Below the pieces are notes generated by a model that saw only the letters and a program-made list of their open reading frames with translations, ran no database searches and was not told where the DNA came from. Below, in pieces: positions 13,119 through 27,149 of a stretch of DNA of 64,000 nt. The first letter of the stretch is position 1. Every line of letters starts with the position of its first letter. Source of the stretch: Eukaryota sp. GEM-RC1. Lineage: Eukaryota. The DNA is taken from contig JAUFOQ010000018.1 in the NCBI GenBank assembly GCA_040285855.1, positions 310,001 to 374,000 of the forward strand, read 5' to 3'. The translations under genes were made by a program, and so were the position numbers.

Positions 13119-13962
13119 TACATTACATTAGCACAAATACCCTCAGACTCATTTAAAACAAGAGAAACAGTACACACACCTTCTTGACAATGTCTGATCG
13201 TTCCTCTTTTCATTAAAGACTTCATACTGAAACGGTGAGAGTAAACGGAAGAGGAACCGATCAATCGGGGTCGCCGGATAGAAACCTTCAATTGGCAGTC
13301 TTCATTTAAGATCTTTTCAAAGGGAATCTATTCCAAGTCAACTTCAAATCGTAGTAGATTGTTATGAACTGTATAAGATTGACTAATTAAACCTGAACCA
13401 AGACATAAGGAAAAGGGAATTGGTTAAACTCACATTCAATATTTACTGTACGTTTGCGATTGGTCAAGTCCAGGTGTCCAGACATATAGATTTTATTGAG
13501 GACAACATTTGCGTCAAAAGTAGAATACTGTGTGACTAATTGGAGGATCATTGCACTCAACTCAGACTCATCCATAAAAACTTGACTAGATTTGTTTGTG
13601 ATCTGATTCTCTTTGTCATGTCTTACAGCTGTACAAGGAGACTTTGATTGACTGTCTAGAACCACTGAATCATTGACTGAAGATGACGTACGGTCTGGTA
13701 ATGAATCAGTAATCGAGGCTGAACCATACTCACTTCCAAGTAAACATCATCCAATAGAAACGTCAGTAAAAGGATTAAGAATTCTCTTGACTTTTTGACT
13801 GAACACTTGATTGATTAGTTGTTCAATCAAAGGACAATTAGAAAATCCTCCAACGACCACAATTGAATTAATAGATAATTTCAAATAACTTGAAAACCGA
13901 TCTGTAAGTAATTTAAGCTTCTCAGACAATAATATGGTTAACTCATCAACTAAAATTTTAAA
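13100..13962 (-). pseudogene. 5'-truncated, frameshifted copy (A0) of the Hsp110-like NBD-C2 gene
   Basis: VVGGFSNCPLIEQ...KRILNPFTDVSIG and YSHRFSMKSL match the paralogue at 28746-30528. Homology stops at ~13962. Confidence 0.8.
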
Positions 13963-15201
13963 GAGATAATTACAGAATCGGGCCAGATTCATGTCCTTGG
14001 TTTACAAAATAGGGTCATTATAAAAACTTCTTACTATATAGGACCACTCCCACAACTACTTCCTAATTATGAATTCTTTACCTGAAAACATTGATCCTAA
14101 AGTAAAAGAGTTTAACCTAACAGCCAATCACATGTTCAACAATCGAGAAGAATTGTTATAATGAATACATAGCTACTGTCTAGAAGTTGGTGCCCCCAGG
14201 GGGGAATATTACCGCCTTTATATTCAAAGAAAACTGGTAGGAGAAAGAAGAAACGCTATAGATCTAACCGTCATGGAAGAAAAAAGGCACGTAAAGAATA
14301 TGAACAAGACATATTCGACAAGTTGATGATTTCTTTGGGTGAGATAGATGGAGGATGTGAATCAGAAGCGCATGAAAACGAGGATGTTGCTGAAGATGAT
14401 AACGAACCGCCCAAATGCGAGGAAAAACTGATGGATGAATGTGATTTCGACAACTATGTTGGAGAACCATCACCACTTGACCGGATTCTCATGTAGAGTC
14501 TACTAGTTGTATATTTTTAAGCCAATAAAGCATGTAGTTGAAGAGAAGAGTGAACAAAGTTTGAGAACTGATGTCCAGTAGATACAGAAAAGTTGGAAGA
14601 TGTTTGATGACCCTGTTTTGCAAGATCACTGAAAAGTGACCCGATTTTGAAAACAGAGGATGTCAATGAGGTTGATTTTGTAAAAGCCTCGCTTTTGTTT
14701 GTTTGTGTAGTGAACTAAAATTTCTGTTAATAATAATTGTATTAATGTACAGTAGTTCTATGATACGTACATTAATGTATGATTATATATAATTATATAC
14801 AATAATATATATTGTATTAGCATATATGATACGTAAACTTAAAGAATGTTATTTATTAAACCTATACAAAGAGCTCTAATAGTCAGAATCGCTGTCCATG
14901 CTGTGTTCTGTCCATCTTTGTTTCATAAGACCAGCTTGTTTCTGGAATTTGGAATTAAATTGCACATACACTAACTTCCTAGCTCTTTTGTTTGTGAGCC
15001 GGTGCCTTCTGTTTGAGTGAATAAAAAATAGGAACTCCAAACCCTTTCACATGCTCCTGCTGAACACACTTGTGAGATTTACTTAATGGCAAGCTTCTTG
15101 ACTACACAGGCTGCTGTACTATTTGATTTCCACCATGTAACAGGAGTAAGAGAATCATCAAAATCAGAACTCGATTCAAATTGATTGTGAAAAAGATTGT
15201 A

Positions 15202-15861
15202 CAGTATAATCTCTCCAATTGAAAACTCTCCAATTGAAAACTCTCTCTAATTGAAACAAAACCCCATGCCACCGAGTAATTTAAAACCAAATTGAAAATT
15301 GAAACAATTGAAACACTTTATCGAACCTATTTGAAACAATTTCTCCAACATTTTGCAGAAATGTCACCGTTTTCTAGTAGATATTTATTCAATCCTGCTC
15401 ATTATAATGTTTGTTTGATTATAAACTCAATGATGTTGAAGTAACACGAAGTATTTCATTCGTCTTTTCAATAACCACAATTTTATGCACAATAATGGTT
15501 TCTTTCAAAATCTTCTATATTATGAGTTACACCACGACTAGCGTCGATCTCAAAGGAACGATACCGAAGCATACACGTGAAAGAAGGTGTTTCTAACATC
15601 ACGAGTTCGAGTCATCACTGATCACTAAAGTAGTAAGACAACTGGAGATAGTTTGTAAAGTCACAAAGGTGTTCAAACTGCAAACAGACCACTCTTTGAG
15701 CTGTTGTCCATCAAAATGATGATATTATTGATGTTTTAATTTATATTTAATCCTTAAAGCAGTTTTATTGATGCAGACACAAACTCTCTGCAAATGAGAA
15801 CTCTCTCCAATTGAAACAAAACGTCATTCACCGAGGTGTTTCAATTGGACAGATTATACTG
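15202..15861. mobile_element. Tc1/mariner-type MITE (660 bp)
   Basis: TIR CAGTATAATCT(C/G)TCCAATTGAAA. TA TSD at 15200-01 and 15862-63. Confidence 0.85.
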
Positions 15862-16076
15862 TATGAGAACAGATTTGCAATTACAAACCAATACATTGTA
15901 ATACATACTGGGATATATCGATATGTGTTATATCTACTAACTTGGTTGGATATCGAAAATATTGCCAATGCGCCATGCGTATTTTCGCACCATGCGTCCG
16001 AAAGCCATGACCCATAGCCCATCGGCGCTTGGCTTTTGAAAATTCGGTTATGGTAATTACCATCATTTCATCTCCT

Positions 16077-19065
16077 ATGTCCAAGAACATTGTTGCAATT
16101 GATTTCGGAACAAACTCTATCAAAATCTACAGAGGTAATGACATGCGAGTCGATCCTGTGATGAATGAGCGAGGAGAAGCTTTCTCTGTGTATGTGCGAC
16201 TTTCTGGTTGACTTTAGAAACCTTTTACAGCGCAATGGTAAGAAATTCCTATTCGGTAGCCGTGTCCTTTCTAAACTTAGGCTTCGCAGCCACAAGTCTC
16301 TTCTTGGTCCTCAAGTTATTCTTTCACGATCCAACGTTCCTCTCTCTCAATACCTTCTCTCTGGACATCAGAAGGACTCCAATACTTTCACTCTTGACAA
16401 CACCAACTTCTCTTTACACGATATCCTTGTTGAGATCTTCAAGTACTTGAAGTCTTTTATCCCCAATGTTCACTCTTCCAAAGTCTTCTTCTCTTATTCT
16501 CCTCTCTTCAACGACCACCACTCTGTTCTTATTAATGCAGCAAGTGAAGCTGGTCTTAATGTAGAAGGTGTGTTTCCATCATCTAAATGTATTGCTGCTT
16601 CACTTCTATTTAAACATCCTGAATTAAATGAAAATATTGGAGTTTTTGATTTTGGTTATTCTACAACTAAATTCACTGCTTTTTCAATCAAAAATGGAAC
16701 TATTTCAATTCTTTTTGATCAAGAAATGGCGATGGGTGCTCGGGATTTTGATGAAGTTCTTTTAAATCATTGTATAGCTCAAAAACCTTTGGTTGATTTC
16801 ACGATCTCTGATCGTATAGAAATTCTTGAAAATATTCAAAATTTTAGAAATTATTTTGGAGTAGAACCTTTGTCTTTTGAAATTTCTAATGGATCAGTAA
16901 GTGGAGATACTCTTCATTTTGAAATTTCAGTAGATAATTTGATGCTGATTTTTGCTAATCAGTTGAATTTTCTACGAAATTTTCTATCTCAGTTCTTAGA
17001 ATATCATGATAGTTCATTTGTTGTTATTGGTGGATTTTCAAATTGTCCTTTAATTGAACAACAAATTAGTGAGATTTTAAACAAACAAGTCAAGAGAATT
17101 CTGAATCCCTTTTCTGACGTTTCTATTGGGTGTTGTTTACTTGGGAATGGTTTTTCACTTGTAAACTCCACTGAAAGTTTTAATGAGAATCCTCACTCAT
17201 CAGCCTTGCGATCTAGAACCTCTAGTTTCACCGATACAAATTCTCCATTACATGGTGAACATCTAAGCTTGAAATCTAAGTATAATAAGTTGGACCAGGA
17301 TAATCAAAACTGTGGCAACCTGCAAAGTTGTTTGGAACAGTTGGAATCACCTAAATCTGAATTGTTAAACACCATCAACAATCTATCCTCAGAAAATCAA
17401 CAACTAAAGCAAGAGTTGCAAGAAGTGAAAGTAAAGCAAAATCACCTTATTACCGATTGGAAATTAGAAATTAATCGCTTAAAACAAAGTGCGAAAGTTT
17501 TATCTGGAGAAAAAGAGGAGCTTCTTCTTGTAATTGAAAAATTGAATGAGGAAAAGTCCAATCTCAATCATCTTCACCAATCATCCCAAGGAAATTCAAT
17601 TTATCAAACAAAATCTCAATTAGAAGAATGTCATCAGTTGCGGGAAGACAACCGAATACTTGAACATGATATCCATCATTTAAGGGAAGAAGTTGCTAGA
17701 CTTCAATCCAAAGTCAATGAATTGAATACCAAAAAGTGTTCATCAAAGAATACTTCGAAGGAGTTTGAAAACTTACAAATCGAACACAACAAGTTGTTAG
17801 AACAATATCGGGATCTTCAACAAGAGAACGGTGTTTTAATTGAAACAGTTGGTCGTCTTCGTAACATGAACAGTGAAAACTTAAAAACAATAACGGATTG
17901 GTCAGAAGAAAATCTTTCTCTCAGAGAAGAGAATTCTCGTCTGAAAGCCAAGGTTGACCAGTATGAATTTAAACCACAGTCTTTAATTGATCCTCCTTCT
18001 ACTAGTCAAAATGCTGATCCACATAAAGAACCTGAAACTCCAACTCGACCAGTTCCATCACCATCATTAACCAATCATAGGTCTTCTGTGGACACTTTGG
18101 ATTTAAACAGCATCATACAATCATTAAAATGCTCACATTATAGTGATTTTTTAGTGTTATCAGACATAATTAGAGGACTAGGTCACAATATACGTGATGA
18201 TTACTTAGCTTCTGCTGCTATAGATGCTTATGCCCATCTTCAATCCTCTCACTGTCCTCTTATTCAAGCTCTGAGTGACCTCCGTTCAAATCTTGTTCAA
18301 TCGGCTGCATCTCTATTGCAACAGCTGTTAGCCGACAATTCTGATTATGTTGTTGCTGAGTCTACAGTATTGATTTTGAAAATTCGACTTGATCACCCGA
18401 CTTTTTCTTTTCGTGATAATTCTGGTCTTTCTTTCGATCACATTTATACAAATCAACAACTGAAAACTATTGTCAATAATTATTTCGAAGAGTTCAAACA
18501 ACAGTCTCAGTCTAAAGAGAAACTACTCAAACTGGAAAGGGCCATTACGGATTGGATGAATCAGCAACAACTGTCAAATGAGCAAACTAATTTTCTAAGA
18601 ACAAAGTTGAATCATTTGAGAAGACAAACCCATTGTAGTCGTACATCTGTTTTTGAACTTTTTGGTGTTAATTCAGATGTTCCTCGTGATATTATGTTAG
18701 CCACCATTGATTTACAGGTTCGTGATAACCAAGGATTGCACATTGATTCACGAATAGCACATGGCCCTACAACTGTTCTTGAATATCCGCAATGCTCTCC
18801 AAAAAATCTTTCTACAGTTACGGTACGTTTTGCTCTAAACAATAAGCTGAAAAGTTGCTTGGTAAATTCTGGTCACACAATGGTATTTCAACTTGTCAGG
18901 CGTACTATTAAATCTGTAAAAACTCATGACATTGGACTTCAGTTGGATCCCCATAATTCAACGTATTCAAACTCTACAAAATATGCAACCATCACAGTGT
19001 CGTTACATTCACCTCCTCTTCTACCTTATGAACTTTTTGATGTCATTGACCGTTCGTTGAACTGA
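16077..19065 (+). CDS. A1: degenerate Hsp110/Grp170-like NBD + long coiled coil + helical region + C2-like domain (986 aa; intron 16190-16217)
   Basis: Exon 1 MSKNIVAIDFGTNSIK joins the 966-aa ORF after removal of a 28-nt GTATG..TTTAG intron. Motifs VFDFGYST, MGARDFD and VIGGFSNCP. Confidence 0.8.
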
Positions 19066-19177
19066 TTCAGTCAACGCTTACTAATGAAGATGGATCGTTT
19101 TGTCTCATTATTTTATTTCTAATTCACTTATCAGTATAAACTATGTGTAATGTTTAAAATATCACTAATATGTAAAG

Positions 19178-20031
19178 TAGTGTTACGAGAAACGTTTCTC
19201 CGTTTCAGCAATTCCACGTTTCCGAAACGTTTCCAATAAACATATCAGTATGGAAACGGCATGGAAACGTTGCATACGTTTCGGAAACGTAAATTTCGGG
19301 TCTGGTTTTAACTTGTACTTATACAACAGAAACTCACCAAATACTACAGATTGATACAGTTTGAGTGAGATCATTCCCTCAAACTTAATTTCAAGCCACC
19401 AAAAAGGATATTGGCAATTTCATCTTGTTGTTGAACTAAATCATTCGAAACTTCTTCATGCCTTCAACGTATATGACTACTGATAAATCCTACAGTAGAT
19501 ATTTTTTTTAAATTCGTCTACCGACTTTGACCATCTTTGTTTCACCGTTGATGTATGCTGGTTTATTTGTTTCAATAACATTATTACTTTCTATAAAAAT
19601 GGCATGGTCATCTTTAAAATTTGCAAAAGTGGTAATACAACCGTATAACATTGCACCATCAGGTGTTACAATGTTAAAGATCATAAGTGGACAACCAAAA
19701 GGACCAGTCCATCCATCTAACACAAGGAAACATCCATCTTAAAGAGACCGTTGCCACAAGGTAATCAAGCGACTTTAGAATCTGGTTTTCGGCCACTGGG
19801 AGAGAAAAGTGACGAAGAGTCATCGCTGTCTACAATCTGATCGACTTCACCTTCATCATTATCGTCACGACATACTAGAGTCTGTTGACATTTCAGAAAT
19901 TTTGGAAGGGAGAAATCGGATTAGAAAGATATGAGAATTGAACACATAAAAATGCGTTTCGGAAACGTGGAAACGTGGAAACGTTTCCGAAACGTTTCCA
20001 GACAAATTTTGGTACGTTTCTCGTAACACTA
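19178..20031 (-). mobile_element. Internally deleted hAT element (854 bp)
   Basis: Perfect 18-bp TIR TAGTGTTACGAGAAACGT. 8-bp TSD ATGTAAAG at 19170-77 and 20032-39. LDGWT transposase remnant on the minus strand. Confidence 0.92.
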
Positions 20032-20344
20032 ATGTAAAGTACTGCTTTTGTTATTTCTTACTTTATCAATTGGAGAAGGAACAGAAGTGATAGTAGTACA
20101 GCCAATTTTTTAAATTTCTAGAGATTTTACATTCTGATGGAAGAACTTGCTAAATACGGATGAATGCCACAGCTTAGTGATGTAGATCCGTTTGTGACCT
20201 ATTTACGGAAACATCTGAGATGTGTAGATTCTTTAGTGATGTGGAATAAGTTCTGACTGATTTGTTTGCGTCTTCAAAGTCAGAGTCACAACATTAGACA
20301 AGTAGAAGAGATTGGGGAGAAGTTCAAGAATATCAAACGAAAAT

Positions 20345-21300
20345 GATTTGTAACCTAATTTTATGATGTATTTATGGCAAATATAATGAAATAAATAGTC
20401 TAAAACTCAATATCATCGAAGCAAGATTCCTTAGAATCGAACCTTGTTGAAGCTTTGTCTTGATAATGCACACTGACGTATAATATAGCTTTCGAAATCA
20501 TTGTGTGAACTGCTTTTAGAATTGTAAGACAATTATGGTCTGCTAAAAAGTGCGGTCAAATCATTTGTTAGTTCTACTTTGCAAAATCATCTAAGAACTT
20601 CATGGCTAATTTACCTAACCGACCATACAAAGAAATCGCAAATGAATAATATTCAACATGAACATTGTATTTTAGATTTCCTAGTGGGTCAGCATGTTTT
20701 CTTTGCTTGTTATTTTCTGCATCTAGAGGTGATACTTCCTTTGCCACAAATATGTCACAACTTTTCTTGCAAACATCCACTGATACAACATCAATCACTG
20801 ATAATGATTGAGAAGATGAAGGTATAACAAGGTCAGCACGTCTTTGTCCCAACGTTTTTTTTGGTTGGTTGATTGATGTCAAAAGATCTAAGCAATGGTT
20901 CAATGAATGATTCAATTTTGTAAGATTTGCACATAGCATGTAGTTGATCTCTTACTGAGTCATGGATAGAAGTTCGATAGGTAATGTAATGCGAACAAGA
21001 AAACAGATGAGAAAACGTTAGCAATTGTCCAAATTGGCAACAACAATCTTTGGGTAGATTATGAGGCCATAAATAACAATGCTAGTGGTCCATTGATGAT
21101 CATTCAACAACGATCCATATATTTGCGGAATTTGATTAAGAAAAGTCAATGCACAGCTATCTTGTAAAACTGACAAAAAATTCGCGAAATTATGTTTATT
21201 TTACTTAGCCGAGCTAATACGAACAACAAGATCCAAACTTTCAGAACTTTTTCAGGGCAAATCTTAAAGAAAATAACTTCTTATTGGCAATAATTTTTAT
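20345..21300 (-). mobile_element. 5'-truncated decayed CRE retrotransposon
   Basis: HDSVRDQ, RRADLVIP, VIDVVSVDVC and FAISLYGRLG on the minus strand. Boundaries approximate. Confidence 0.8.
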
Positions 21301-21339
21301 TGATTGCGGTCCATTTTCCAATCTGATAACAATAAAATT

Positions 21340-23125
21340 ATTTTTTCGTTTCATGGCTCTTTTGCCTTCCTCTTCCCTTCCATCTAAGCCTTCTAATGGT
21401 CGCCCTAAAGGCTTTACATCGACTTGTTCATTTTTGTAAAGTCGCAGGGCATACTACAACCACTTGTCCTAAGCGTAAAGCCACTCTCATTGATCCGACT
21501 GTTAAAGCTGCTTTTGCTGAAGTCTTTATCGTATGATTTCTGTAGAGCTTTTACCAAAATTCGCAGACATTCTTTCATTCCTTCTTCAGGTCAACCCAGT
21601 GACTGTCAAAAATATATTGCACTTTTGCAATAATTGCAATACTGTGTATTGTGTATTGCAATACTGTATTGCAGCCTCATTTTGTATTGCAATATATTGC
21701 AATAATTTCAATTTTGAACAATATTTTTAAACCAATTTTTTCTCTGATGATTTATTGGATCGGGTGATGAAACTTCTCAGAGAACCGACACGAATTACCA
21801 ATCTCCGAAATTACACAAAGTTAGCTCCAAAGCAACGTAATGTTACTAGATGGTATTCAACTCATGACATGTTAAAAACTTTTTTTTTAATAAAAAGATT
21901 ATTAGAACTTAAATTGCCCATCGACCACATGCTCAATGAGGTTGAAGACGATGAACTGATTGATTTACTTCCAAGTTTCGCTGAAGAAACGAGGATTACT
22001 CTATTAATGCATCATATGAAGGAATTACAATTTGTCAGTCTTCAACTGCAAAAGGAGAATTCTAATTCATTGGATGCTGAGCATTTGTTTAAATAAACAA
22101 TGCTCGTATTTTGCCAATATAATGCAAATCAAGAGATGAAAATACAGCTTGTGTATCCCGCAGTAGATGCTCCACGATGTCCACCCAACCAATTCATCTT
22201 CAAATCAGCAGTGCTGAAAATCTTGAAGAATGAAGGGTTGAGTCTTACAGATGAGGAAGAAGTTATGGTTAAGTGTTTTAAAGAACATGAAATTGAAATA
22301 GTTGCTGGTCAATCTCGATTGTCGTCATCTTTAGATGGTAAAGTAATAATAAATAATGTGAGTAGTGATAGTGATGATGATGAAGAGGAAGAAATTGATG
22401 AACGACCTGGACCTGTTTCCTCTGTTCAAGATGTCTTTACTCGAATGAGAGGTGAAACAGTAGGTTACTGCAATTTAAAGTTCATCCCAACAACTTCAAA
22501 TGCAGTAGAACGACTTTTGAATAAAGCTCGAATGGCGCAAGGGATGTCACGACACAACTTATCTGATCGAAGACTTGCCAATCAACTATTTCTTTCTGTG
22601 AACAGAGAGTTTTGGGACATTAGTTTGGTTCGCAAGATGGTCAATCAGAAACTAGTCAACTTGGATGATGCCTAATGATGATCTTATGACTTATTGATGG
22701 AATTAGTACAATAAATAATTTACTCAACAATATTTATATTGCTTCCAATTATTGCAATATATTGCAGTATTGCAATACTGTATTGCAAATCTTTTTGGCC
22801 CTGCAATATATTGCAATATATTTTTGACAGTCCCTGGGTCAACCCCAACATTTTAAATAACCACACATTTTCAAGTCCATACCTTGGAGGTTTGGGATTT
22901 AAATCTTCTAAATGGTGGACTAAAGCAGCTTTTATTGGTGGAAAGAATTTTGTATTCGAGCTTAGTAATCGATATCCAGCAGGCACTTCTCTTCTTGAAA
23001 GTACTTGCAGCTTTTATCTTTATCATCCCCGTGTTTGTTGTTGATGTAGTGTCAGTGGATGTTTGTAAAAAGACATCTTTAAAGAATGCTTACTCTGAAA
23101 CTTCCCCTTTAGACATTTCTGGAAA
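21340..23125 (+). mobile_element. Internally deleted CRE element, interrupted by a hAT
   Basis: T-rich leader and ATG at 21353. Frameshifted CSFCKVAGHTTTTC knuckle joined to sequence matching 180-430 and 38835-38925. Confidence 0.75.
21597..22836 (+). mobile_element. Internally deleted hAT element (1240 bp) with a C-terminal transposase remnant
   Basis: 25-bp TIR CAG(T/G)GACTGTCAAAAATATATTGCA. 8-bp TSD GGTCAACC at 21589-96 and 22837-44. NVTRWYS and IPTTSNAVERL motifs. Confidence 0.93.
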
Positions 23126-23134
23126 AAAAATTTT

Positions 23135-24175
23135 AAAATCAGAAAATTTATAGAACAAAAACACCAAAATAAACACAAATACTGAAACTCAATATCATTA
23201 AAGCAACAATCATTGCCATTAAAACTCACATCAGCTTTTTCTTCATAAAAAACACTGAGAGCTAATGGAGCTTTTGAAATCATGATAGGAATTGTTTTAA
23301 ATATTGTAAAAACAATACGATTCAGCCAAAAGTTGAAATCAAATTTCTTGTTCATTCTTTTTTGACCACTTTCTCAAAATCAGAGAGAAAACAAAGAGCA
23401 TCTCTACCAAGTCGACCATAAATTGAAATCGCAAAAGGACATAATTTGTACTCAACATGTCTAATATGTTTGAGAGCAGTCAATGGTTCATCATATTTGT
23501 TTCTCTTGTATTGTTCTGAAGAATTCAGTGGAGAAACTTCAGTTTTAGCATCCTTGAATGCACTTTTTTGCAAACATCCACAGTAATCACATCAACAACG
23601 GTTAGTTCATCATTGACTGATGGAACTATAACATCAGCTCTTCGTTTACCAAAAGTCTTATCAGAATCACTATTTTTTAAATTATCGATTTCCAGTGATC
23701 TCAACAGTGGCTCAACAAAAGATTCGATTTTGTAGGACTTACACATGGCATGAATTTGATCTCTGACAGCATCATGAATACAAGTTCTGTAAGTAATGAA
23801 ACGATTACAACTCAAAAGGTGAGAAAAAGTAACTAATTTACCACATTTACATTGAAGATCCTTGGGTAAATTAGAGGGCCACAAGAAACGTCGAAGCCTG
23901 AATGTTGTAGTCCATTGATGATCATTCAACAACAAACCAAAAATCTGAGGAATTTGGTTAATCAAAGCAATTGAAGAACTGTCCTTCAAATCAATTAAAA
24001 AATTTGCGAACGTTGGATTTTTTTCTTTGGCCGAGCCAAGTCGAATTTTAAAATCCATACATTCAAAATGTTTTAAAAGGTGTTTTTGGAGTTTCTTAAG
24101 AGCAAATTTTAACGAGGTGACACATCGTTCTGGTATTTCACAAATATCTGCTGGAAAACAAGTTTGCCAAAACTA
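23135..24175 (-). mobile_element. 5'-truncated CRE retrotransposon
   Basis: CKCGKLVTFSHLLSC, RRADVIVP, VVDVITVDVC, ending CCFNDIEF. Frameshifted. Boundaries approximate. Confidence 0.85.
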
Positions 24176-24194
24176 TATTTTTCTGAAATAAAGC

Positions 24195-24550
24195 CAAACA
24201 TGATAAGTACAAGAAACCATTGATGGCTTTAAAACATGTAAAACATGTTGAATACGAATTATGCCCTTTTGCTGTTTCACTTAAGGACGTTTAGGAAAAA
24301 GTGCATTGAATTGTTGAAACGATTTCGAAAAAATCGTTAAAAATAGAATGAACAAACGTTTTGATCATATGTTATGGTTCAATCGGATCGTTTTTGCCGT
24401 TTTTAAAACAATTCCCCTAATCATCTCCAAAGCTTTATTAGCAGTGAGTTCCTTTTAAGAGAACAAAGCTGTTGTAAGGTTTGATAGCGACGGGTGTTGT
24501 TTTAATGACATCAAACTTTAGTTGTTTGATCTATTAAACTTATAATAACT
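24195..24550 (+). mobile_element. CRE 3' fragment
   Basis: Near-identical to 38930-39290. Confidence 0.8.
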
Positions 24551-24601
24551 AAAATTCCATAAAAGCAATACATTAGCGATATTTCTTTGTTGTAAAATGT
24601 G

Positions 24602-25565
24602 CAGTGTTATCAATTTTCAGAAATGCGCCAAATGCGTCAAATGCGCACATTTGGCCCATTTTGACGCCTTTTACGCATTTGGAATTTTGTGATCTTGCGC
24701 ATTTTGACTTTGAGATTTTTTTTTGAATTTTGTTGTTGTTGTGCTTCTGTATAAGTCTCCATATACAATAACAGTGATGTTGATCTCAAAACAGTGTTTT
24801 ACAGTACCTCTTTCGTTGGACAAATGTAGAGTTGTATTGTATACATTCAATGAACATTCTTTTGATATCACAATGAGAATTGGTATAAAATCTGTGAAGT
24901 TAGTGGGATTCAACCAAAACTTTTGATCAAAAGTATGTTTTACCCATATTTACGAACAATGTAAATCGATACAAAACCATAAACGGTTAATATTGTATAA
25001 AAAACTGAATGAAATATGGTTTAAAGACCATTTATTAAGACACCAACGTCCACTGTTTGTCCTTAAAGTTGAAACACATTATCTGTATAGAGTATGTGAT
25101 CAACATTAACAGTTGTTTAATGAGATTGGTCAATGAGAAGAGGATGTGCGTTTTCGAGCTCTAAACTCAGCTTAAAGTCTTTCAACGAGTTCTGAACACA
25201 GTTTTGAACAAGAAAACATTATGTCGTCCCCGGTACAAAGTGTTGTTTCAAACGATTAGTTCCAGTGACGAACTGGTGGACACAATGATGACAATGAACT
25301 GTAGCATCTGATACAACAGAACCGTTGGAAGGAGGTTGGTATACAATTGTAGTGTGATGCCAAATGATGTGGGATTTTGATACATCTCGAAACGGATATG
25401 GAATATAGAGAATTATGAGCACATGTATCAGTATGAAGAGAAAAAAATTGTATTTATGGTGTCTCAAGTTCGAAATCAAAATGCGTCAAAATGCGCAGAA
25501 ATGCGCGCATTTGGCGCATTTTGACGCATTTCATTTCTGGAAAAAGTGCGCATTTGACAACACTG
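24602..25565. mobile_element. Non-autonomous hAT element (964 bp)
   Basis: TIR CAGTGTT(A/G)TCAA. 8-bp TSD AAAATGTG at 24594-601 and 25566-73. Subterminal AAATGCG repeats. Confidence 0.88.
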
Positions 25566-25805
25566 AAAATGTGCCTACTTTTTGAAGATTTATTGTTCAG
25601 AATTCTTCAAGGTATACATTGTTAAAAGTTGACTTGATCAAAGTAAAGTATCATAAGCCCCAACATCATGTGAAGCAGTTATTTGTGTTTCATTTATACC
25701 TCCAATGTGTAGACAGAAATCTCTAGATGATGTTGATGACACTTTTTCCGTGATTGAAGATGTTTATGTTGTAGTTCGTATTTGATTTTTACCATGTGTA
25801 CAGTG

Positions 25806-26337
25806 CAGTGTTCGAAATTTCCCACGTGTTTTTTAAAAGACACCGTGTCGGTGTTAACACGCGTGTCCACACGGTGTCTTTGATCATCACATACTAGTAT
25901 GTACAAAGTTTGATGTGTCTTTTGGATGTTTTTGCGTGTTTTTTTGAAAAAACATTTCTGATCCATGGTGCGGAGTTTGACTATCAAAACATTCATTTGG
26001 GCCAATTCTTGCCTTCATCTGACATCCCATCACTGAATCTTGGATTCTGTGGTTCTGTTGAGTTGAATTGTGTTCTAGGTTTGGTTGACAACGCATCATG
26101 TCAGTATTTTGGCCACTTTCTGTTGGCATTACAGTCTATTGTGGTATAACATATAGAAAAACATTCAAGTCGAACAGTATTGAGGGAAATAAAAGGGTAC
26201 TTTCGAAGTTTTCTAGGTTTTTTGCAGAAAAACACGTACACACGCGGTGTCTTTTTGCGTGTTTTTCAAAAGACACCGTGTCCGTGTCCAAACGTGTCTG
26301 CGTGTCCGAACGTGTCCACGCGTGTCTTCGAACACTG
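25806..26337. mobile_element. hAT-like non-autonomous element (532 bp)
   Basis: 11-bp TIR CAGTGTTCGAA and subterminal CGTGTC repeats. No clean TSD. Confidence 0.65.
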
Positions 26338-27149
26338 GTCGTGTTCAACAACTGTATATACTTAGTAAAATTTGTACTCAACTTCAAAGTATGTCACTTT
26401 CTTTTGTGTTTTTTGACCTACTTGGAAAATACAACCACTCCCCTGAAAAAAAAATACAAAAATACAGGAAATACAAAAATACAGAAAAATACACTTAATA
26501 CAGAAAAATACAAAATCACACGACCTTAAAAAAACTTTCACAAAAATCGTAATAAGAATTTTTGTATTTAAAAGTGACAATGACTAAATATATTACGAAC
26601 AAATACCAGTAAGTCATTACTCACTTAGCCTTCTCTTTTCTGAGCAGAATAGAAGACATTTCCAACACACTTTTTCAACCATTCCACAGGATGTTATTCC
26701 TCAAAACCATCAGAGGATTGGGTTATTCAACATCAGACGAGTTTGTGAAACCAATTTATTCTTCAAGAACAACTACAACTACTTGCACTTGCAATTCCAA
26801 TTCGTCTTCAATCAGAACATAGTTGCCTGTGGTATCATCATTGTCATGATCAAAAACATCTTCGTTCTCGAGATGAAGTACATCAACACGAGATCTTTGA
26901 TCATCACATATGTACATACTCATACCTCCATTGGTAGTTAATTAATGAGGTTCTCGGAATCAATAGTATAGTAGTAGTATTTCCAATGTTGAGCGTGAAA
27001 GAAATGTCGCCTTTTTGACTCTTCATGGTCATGAAAAGACCAATTGGTGTCTAGTATGTTTCAAAATTACGACCAACACGTAGAAATAGAGAAAATTGAA
27101 CAGTACATCTTTATACAAAAATTGTTCTGGTACCATTTTATCTATAAAA

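Noticed and set aside
16165..16217. ORF-track starts MSEEKL/MLSEL for the A genes and the split Hsp70 ORFs
   Set aside because: Explained by 28- and 31-nt introns that restore the Hsp70-family motifs.
16208..16450. Identical 80-aa alternative-frame ORF in all three A genes
   Set aside because: Its identity follows from nucleotide identity of the homogenised tract. It has no ATG and no independent support.
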